DNA from: Candidatus Moraniibacteriota bacterium
Lineage (GTDB): Bacteria > Patescibacteriota > Minisyncoccia > Moranbacterales > UBA9337
Reading direction: 5' to 3'
Length of the DNA stretch: 64,000 bases
NCBI GenBank assembly: GCA_028695135.1
Contig: JAQVJM010000004.1
Location: forward strand, 1,696-65,695
Positions 57,612 to 64,000 of the stretch are shown one piece after another (the first letter of the stretch is position 1; each line of letters opens with the position of its first letter). The notes under the pieces are model-generated. The model saw only the letters and a program-made list of their open reading frames with translations. It was not told where the DNA came from and ran no database searches. Made by a program: the position numbers and the translations under genes.

Positions 57612-58100
57612 ATGGAATTACTAGAAAATTTAGGGATAAATGGAAAAATATTATTGGCTCAGGTGGTGAACTTCTTCATTTTATTCTGGATCCTAAAAAA
57701 ATTTGCCTATAAGCCCGTTTTAAATTTACTGGAGGAAAGAAGCAAAAAAATTGAAAAAGGACTTAAAGATGCGGAGGTTGCCCGGAAGAAACTTGAAGAA
57801 ACCGAAATTGAAAGTAAAAAAATATTGTCTGATGCCAGAAAACATTCTCGAGAAATAATAAAAGAAGCTGAAATTCGGGCGGAAACCAGCAAAAGGGAAA
57901 TCGCCGAAGAGACAAAGCATAAAGTCGATAAGATGATTTCTGATGCGAAGAAAAAGATAGAAGAAGAGAAGGACAAGATGGTGGTGGAAGTCAAAAATGA
58001 GGTTGCCGACCTAGTGTCTCTGGCTACGGAAAAAGTGCTGGAAAAAAAAGCGGATAGCGAGGATGATAAAAAAATTATTAAAAAAGTTATTGAAAATTAA
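57612..58100 (+). CDS. atpF: ATP synthase F0 subunit b
   Basis: AQVVNFFIL..LKKFAYKPV..ERSKKI, coiled coil. Confidence 0.96.
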   Translation: MELLENLGINGKILLAQVVNFFILFWILKKFAYKPVLNLLEERSKKIEKGLKDAEVARKKLEETEIESKKILSDARKHSREIIKEAEIRAETSKREIAEETKHKVDKMISDAKKKIEEEKDKMVVEVKNEVADLVSLATEKVLEKKADSEDDKKIIKKVIEN

Positions 58101-58158
58101 GCATTAAACATTAATCGTTGAGAATATCGATTAATGATCAATGATTGATAAATAATGT
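58101..58158. repeat. ATTAATC-type 7-mer repeat, atpF-atpH spacer
   Basis: gc attaaac attaatc gttgaga ... gattaat gatcaat gattgat. Confidence 0.8.
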
Positions 58159-58159
58159 C

Positions 58160-58567
58160 ATGCGCATCAGCGCCAAGCAATATTCCAAAGCTCTGTATGA
58201 TCTCACTAAGGGCAAGGATGAAAAGGAATTAGATTCCATTGTTTTTAATTTTGCAAGCGAGCTGAGAAGAAGGAGAAAGCTCAATTTATCGGATGATATA
58301 ATGAAGATTTTTTCTGAAATTTATAACAAGGAGAACAGAATTATGGAAGCGGAAATCGTGAGCGCCAGGGAAATCGGCAATGAACAAATGATTGGAATAA
58401 AAAACTTCCTGAAGAACAAATATGGCGCCGATAAAGTCATATTGGATCCAAAAATGGATAAAAATATAAAAGGAGGGATAATAATCAGAATGGGAGAGGA
58501 TATAATTGACGGAAGTATTTTAAAAAAAATGAAGAAGCTTAATAATTTATTAAAAAATAATGTTTAA
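58160..58567 (+). CDS. atpH: ATP synthase F1 delta subunit
   Basis: KQYSKAL, IKGGIIIRMGEDIIDGS; operon position. Confidence 0.92.
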   Translation: MRISAKQYSKALYDLTKGKDEKELDSIVFNFASELRRRRKLNLSDDIMKIFSEIYNKENRIMEAEIVSAREIGNEQMIGIKNFLKNKYGADKVILDPKMDKNIKGGIIIRMGEDIIDGSILKKMKKLNNLLKNNV

Positions 58568-58633
58568 ATTTATATGTCGATAGCCGGCGACTGCCCGCCT
58601 ATCGGCGGCAGCCGGTTGCTTAAAATTAAAATT

Positions 58634-60130
58634 ATGAATAAAGATTATATCGTTGAAAAATTAAAAAAGCAGATTGAAAGTTTTAAAGGAGAAATCAGAA
58701 CGGAGAAAATAGGAAGGGTGATAGAGGTGGGAGATGGCGTAGCCAGAATCGAAGGCCTTAGTGAAGCTATGGCTTCGGAGATGATTGAATTTTCAAATGG
58801 AACCATGGGAGTGGCTCTCAATCTGGAGGAAGATCAGGCGGGTGCTATTATTCTGGGAGGATCCAAAGGAATCAAGGAGGGAGATGAGGTAAGGTCTGCG
58901 GGAAAAATCCTTTCTGTTCCTGTGACTGAAAAAATTATCGGAAGAGTCATAAATCCTTTGGGGCAAGCTATAGATGGAAAAGAGGAAATCAAGTCAGAAA
59001 AATATTATCCTATTGAAAAGATCGCTCCGGGAGTTATCGAACGGAGGTCGGTCCACCAGCCGGTTCAGACCGGAATCAAGGCTATTGATTCAATGATACC
59101 CATCGGAAGAGGACAAAGAGAGTTGATAATAGGAGACAGGCAGACCGGAAAAACCGCTATCGCGATTGACGCGATAATCAATCAGGCCGGACAGGATATG
59201 ATTTGTATTTATGTGGCGATTGGCCAGAAAGAATCCAGAGTGGCGAGAATCGTGGCCGAATTGGAAAAAAGAGGCGCTATGGAATATACGACTGTAATTG
59301 TTGCTGGCGCTTCCGATCCGGCGGCATTTTCTTTTATCGCTCCTTATTCTGGAGTCGCAATCGGGGAATATTTCATGGATCAGGGAAAAGATGTTTTAAT
59401 CGTTTATGATGATCTTAGTAAGCATGCTTGGGCATATCGCCAGATTTCTTTGATTTTAAAACGTCCGCCGGGACGCGAGGCTTATCCGGGAGACGTTTTT
59501 TATTTACACTCAAGGCTTTTGGAGAGAAGCGCCAAATTGAACGAAGATCATGGAGGAGGATCGATAACTGCGCTTCCGATTATTGAAACACAAGCCGGAG
59601 ATGTTTCCGCCTATATCCCGACCAATGTAATTTCCATAACAGACGGGCAAATCTTTTTGGAAACCGACCTGTTCAATAAAGGGATGAAACCGGCGATTAA
59701 CGCGGGGCTCAGCGTTTCGCGGGTTGGATCCTCAGCCCAAATAAAAGCTATGAAAAAAGTGGCTGGAAAGATAAGGCTGGATCTGGCGCAGTTCCGCGAG
59801 CTAGAAGCTTTCGCTCAATTTGGTTCGGATCTTGATCAAGACACAAGAAGGCAGATAGAAAGAGGTAAGAGAACCGTGGAAATATTGAAACAGGATCAAT
59901 ATGCGCCCATTAGAGTTGAGAATCAGGTAGCTATATTATACGCTCTTGTGAACGGTTTTATGGATGACGTAGAAGTTGAAAAAATATCAGAATGGGAAGA
60001 AAATTTCCATAAATATATGAAAGCCCAGAGGAAGGATTTATTAGGGCTGATAGCTGAGGAGGGCGATCTTTCGGAAGAGATGGCAAAAGAGTTAGAAGAA
60101 GCGATAAAAGATTACAAGAAGACATTGTAA
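58634..60130 (+). CDS. atpA: ATP synthase F1 alpha subunit
   Basis: [29 protein letters not shown]. Confidence 0.98.
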   Translation: MNKDYIVEKLKKQIESFKGEIRTEKIGRVIEVGDGVARIEGLSEAMASEMIEFSNGTMGVALNLEEDQAGAIILGGSKGIKEGDEVRSAGKILSVPVTEKIIGRVINPLGQAIDGKEEIKSEKYYPIEKIAPGVIERRSVHQPVQTGIKAIDSMIPIGRGQRELIIGDRQTGKTAIAIDAIINQAGQDMICIYVAIGQKESRVARIVAELEKRGAMEYTTVIVAGASDPAAFSFIAPYSGVAIGEYFMDQGKDVLIVYDDLSKHAWAYRQISLILKRPPGREAYPGDVFYLHSRLLERSAKLNEDHGGGSITALPIIETQAGDVSAYIPTNVISITDGQIFLETDLFNKGMKPAINAGLSVSRVGSSAQIKAMKKVAGKIRLDLAQFRELEAFAQFGSDLDQDTRRQIERGKRTVEILKQDQYAPIRVENQVAILYALVNGFMDDVEVEKISEWEENFHKYMKAQRKDLLGLIAEEGDLSEEMAKELEEAIKDYKKTL

Positions 60131-60225
60131 ATTAATTATTAAACATCAAACATTAATCATTGAGCATTAAATACCCATATTTTTATATCAATAATGATTG
60201 ATGATGAACAATGAATAGTTAACGA
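60131..60225. repeat. ATTAATC-type 7-mer inverted repeat, atpA-atpG spacer
   Basis: attaatt attaaac atcaaac attaatc attgagc attaaat ... aataat gattgat gatgaacaat gaatagt. Confidence 0.8.
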
Positions 60226-60226
60226 A

Positions 60227-61183
60227 ATGAGCAATGGCAAGGAGATCCGGAGGAGGATCAAGTCGATAAATAACACAGGAAAAATAACTCGGGCAATGGA
60301 GATGGTTTCGGCTGCCAAAATGAGAAAAGCTACCGAAAGCGTCTTAAAGATCAGGGCTTATGCCCATAGCGCTTGGAGCGTCCTTACCAATCTTGCTCGG
60401 GCTTTTGAAAATTATGACCACGGCCTCTTGGAAGTCAGAGAAGTCAAGAGCGTGCTGATAATAGCAGTTACATCCAATAGGGGGCTTTGCGGGTCATTTA
60501 ACGCGCAAATTATAAAAAAAATAAAAGAAGAAATCGGGAATCCTCAGAGCCTGAAAATAAATAGAATCGGGATGAAAAAGATCGAATCGACTGTTGCCGA
60601 TAAAGATTTGAAAATTGATTTTATAACAGTCGGAAGAAAAGGAGAAAATTTGGTGAGAAAACTCGGTAAAGAAATCATAGCCGCTTTCCCCGAACTTACC
60701 TATTTGCCCGGAATTGAAAACGTGAGGCCTTTGTCAAAGATAGTGATTGACGAATACTTGAATAAGAGGTATGACAAGGTGGTGATAGCTTATACGGACT
60801 ATATTTCCACTATGAGGCAGGAGCCTAAAATAAGGCAAGTTCTTCCGGTTTCCAAGATCGATTTAGAAAAACAAATTGCCGAGATGGATAATCTGGCCAA
60901 GGAATATGGATTGAAAAAACCAAAAATGGAGTACAAGGTGGAACCTAACCCGAAAGAAGTTCTGACCCATATTTTTCCGAGGTTGATCGAGATGCAGATT
61001 TATCACGCTATTTTGGAATCCAATGCCTCCAAGGAGTCATCCAGGATGCTAGCTATGAGAAACGCAACTGACGCGGCCAATGAAATGAGCGAGGATCTGA
61101 CATTAGCATACAATCAGATAAGGCAGATGAAGATCACCCAGGAGATCGCTGAGATAAGTGCAGGAAGAGCGGCGCTGGAGTAG
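60227..61183 (+). CDS. atpG: ATP synthase F1 gamma subunit
   Basis: ITRAMEMVSAAK, SNRGLCGSFN, RQMKITQEIAEI. Confidence 0.98.
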   Translation: MSNGKEIRRRIKSINNTGKITRAMEMVSAAKMRKATESVLKIRAYAHSAWSVLTNLARAFENYDHGLLEVREVKSVLIIAVTSNRGLCGSFNAQIIKKIKEEIGNPQSLKINRIGMKKIESTVADKDLKIDFITVGRKGENLVRKLGKEIIAAFPELTYLPGIENVRPLSKIVIDEYLNKRYDKVVIAYTDYISTMRQEPKIRQVLPVSKIDLEKQIAEMDNLAKEYGLKKPKMEYKVEPNPKEVLTHIFPRLIEMQIYHAILESNASKESSRMLAMRNATDAANEMSEDLTLAYNQIRQMKITQEIAEISAGRAALE

Positions 61184-61224
61184 GATTAAGAATTATGAAT
61201 TAAGAATTATGAATGTGGAATTCG
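61183..61224 (+). repeat. GAATTAW 7-mer tract overlapping the CYTH start codon
   Basis: ggattaa gaattat gaattaa gaattAT Gaatgtg gaattcg. Confidence 0.8.
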
Positions 61225-61790
61225 AAGCGACATTTAAAAATATCAGCAAAGATGAATTTAGAGATAAGCTAAGAGATTTAGGCGCTGAAATGGTTAAGGA
61301 AGAATTTTTGCAGAAAAGAAGCACATTCAATGTGCCAAGAGGTTGCAAGATTAATGAAAGCTGGCTAAGGGTTAGAGACGAAGTAGATAAGATAACTTTG
61401 ACATTCAAATCAGGCGGAAAGCAATCCGCCATAGAAGATCAAAAAGAGATAGAGCTTAAGGTTGATAATTATGAAGAAGCTAAAAAATTTTTGGAAGTGC
61501 TGGGTTGCAGAAAGAAATCTTATCAGGAGACAAAGAGAGAAATCTGGAAATTGGATGAAGTAGAAGTTATGATTGACGAATGGCCTTTTCTTGAACCTTT
61601 TGCGGAGATCGAAGGCAAAAATGAGGAAGAAGTAAAGAAAGCCAGCGAGAAATTGGGATTTGATTATAATGATGCAGTTTTTGGTCCGGTTAGCATACTA
61701 TATTCCGAAAAATACGGAGTGACTGAGAAATTTGTAAATAATGAAGTCAAAGAAATTTTGTTTAATGGCGATAATCCATTTATAAGATAA
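61209..61790 (+). CDS. CYTH-domain protein (class IV adenylate cyclase/triphosphate tunnel family)
   Basis: VEFEA, WLRVRDE..ITLTFK, EIEL, QETKREIW, FAEIEG. Confidence 0.9.
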   Translation: MNVEFEATFKNISKDEFRDKLRDLGAEMVKEEFLQKRSTFNVPRGCKINESWLRVRDEVDKITLTFKSGGKQSAIEDQKEIELKVDNYEEAKKFLEVLGCRKKSYQETKREIWKLDEVEVMIDEWPFLEPFAEIEGKNEEEVKKASEKLGFDYNDAVFGPVSILYSEKYGVTEKFVNNEVKEILFNGDNPFIR

Positions 61791-61882
61791 CCCACGAAAC
61801 TACAAATCCCATACAAATCTACAAATATATAAAAATAAATTTCTCATTTGTAGCTTTGCAGCAGAGTTGTAAATTCGCAGTT
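61789..61882. repeat. TACAAAT-type inverted-repeat element (homologous to 28761-28854)
   Basis: aacccacgaaactacaaatcccatacaaatctacaaat ... atttgtagctttgcagcagagttgtaaattcgcagtt. Confidence 0.8.
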
Positions 61883-61906
61883 AATAAAATAATTTAAAAA
61901 ACTTAA

Positions 61907-63365
<1,459 letters not shown>

Positions 63366-63367
<2 letters not shown>

Positions 63368-63457
63368 TTCATCATTTATCATTAAATATTAATCAATCAT
63401 TATGATATGGCTTAATTGTACCCGATGTTTAATGATTAATAATCAATGATTAATTAA
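63366..63457. repeat. ATTAATC-type 7-mer inverted repeat, atpD-atpC spacer
   Basis: attcatc atttatc attaaat attaatc aatcatt ... gtttaat gattaat aatcaat gattaat. Confidence 0.8.
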
Positions 63458-63458
63458 A

Positions 63459-63887
63459 ATGGATAACATTAAATTAAAAATAATAACTCCCGAGAGAATC
63501 ACCTATGAAAGCGATGGCATAAATCAGGCTACTCTTCCGGTTTCGGACGGGGAAGTTACGATTTTGCCGAATCATAGATCGTATATCGCTTCGCTAAAGC
63601 CTGGAGAAGTCATATTGAAAAAAGACGGAGAAGAGATTGATCTGGCCATCTCGGGAGGTTTTATCGAATTTCACGATAATGAGCTTGTGGTTCTGGCGGA
63701 TGAAGCGGAAAGAGCCGAGGAGATTGATTTGGAAAAAGCCGAAGAGGCCAAGAAAAGAGCCGAAGACATCAAGAACAAAGTTATTTCTACAGATGAGGCC
63801 GAATATGCCAGAGTGGCAGCGGCGCTGGAAAAGGAATTGGCCAAGATAAAAGTGGCCAAAAAATATCTGAGAAGAAGAGGGTTATAA
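63459..63887 (+). CDS. atpC: ATP synthase F1 epsilon subunit
   Basis: KIITPE, GEVTILPNH, SGGFIE, LADEAERAEEID. Confidence 0.97.
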   Translation: MDNIKLKIITPERITYESDGINQATLPVSDGEVTILPNHRSYIASLKPGEVILKKDGEEIDLAISGGFIEFHDNELVVLADEAERAEEIDLEKAEEAKKRAEDIKNKVISTDEAEYARVAAALEKELAKIKVAKKYLRRRGL

Positions 63888-63930
63888 TTTTTTATAAAAT
63901 TTAAGATCGTTAACAATTAAACTAAAAAAA

Positions 63931-64000
63931 ATGGAAAGGGAAAATTCAATGGAAACTGAAAAAAACATCGAAGCGATTGCTGAAAGCAATTTTTCTACAT
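63931..64000 (+). CDS. Start of an unknown ORF, truncated by the window end
   Basis: ATG after an A-run; open to the window end. Confidence 0.35.
   Translation, partial: MERENSMETEKNIEAIAESNFST

Overview
A 64-kb window of mostly housekeeping genes from a small-genome bacterium using genetic code 11 (TGA is a stop and prfB is present). Gene content and style suggest Patescibacteria/CPR (Parcubacteria, possibly Moranbacteria); this is inferred, not tested. It holds murE, lemA, htpX, cspA, tRNA-Glu(TTC), rsmA, typA, a phosphomannomutase, an ADP-forming acetate-CoA ligase, recJ, a 1220-aa surface protein, rodA, rplY, uppS, an alpha/S9 ribosomal cluster with S11 and S13 in swapped order, lysS, obgE, prmC-prfA, a frameshifted prfB, galT, pcm, dnaJ with a CIRCE operator, metG, tatD and a full atp operon with a CYTH gene inserted. 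No integrase, transposase, reverse transcriptase or CRISPR array is visible. The strongest unexplained signal is a window-wide layer of degenerate 7-nt (some 8-nt) periodic repeats. They bracket a four-helix-bundle gene as inverted arms, fill most spacers of the atp and ribosomal operons as 'empty' hairpins, and sit in-frame inside murE, rsmA, prmC and tatD. A second layer of short palindromes inserts into other repeats without target duplication. Also notable are a candidate structured ncRNA before tRNA-Glu and several orphan minigenes that carry strong Shine-Dalgarno sites, which the core genes mostly lack.
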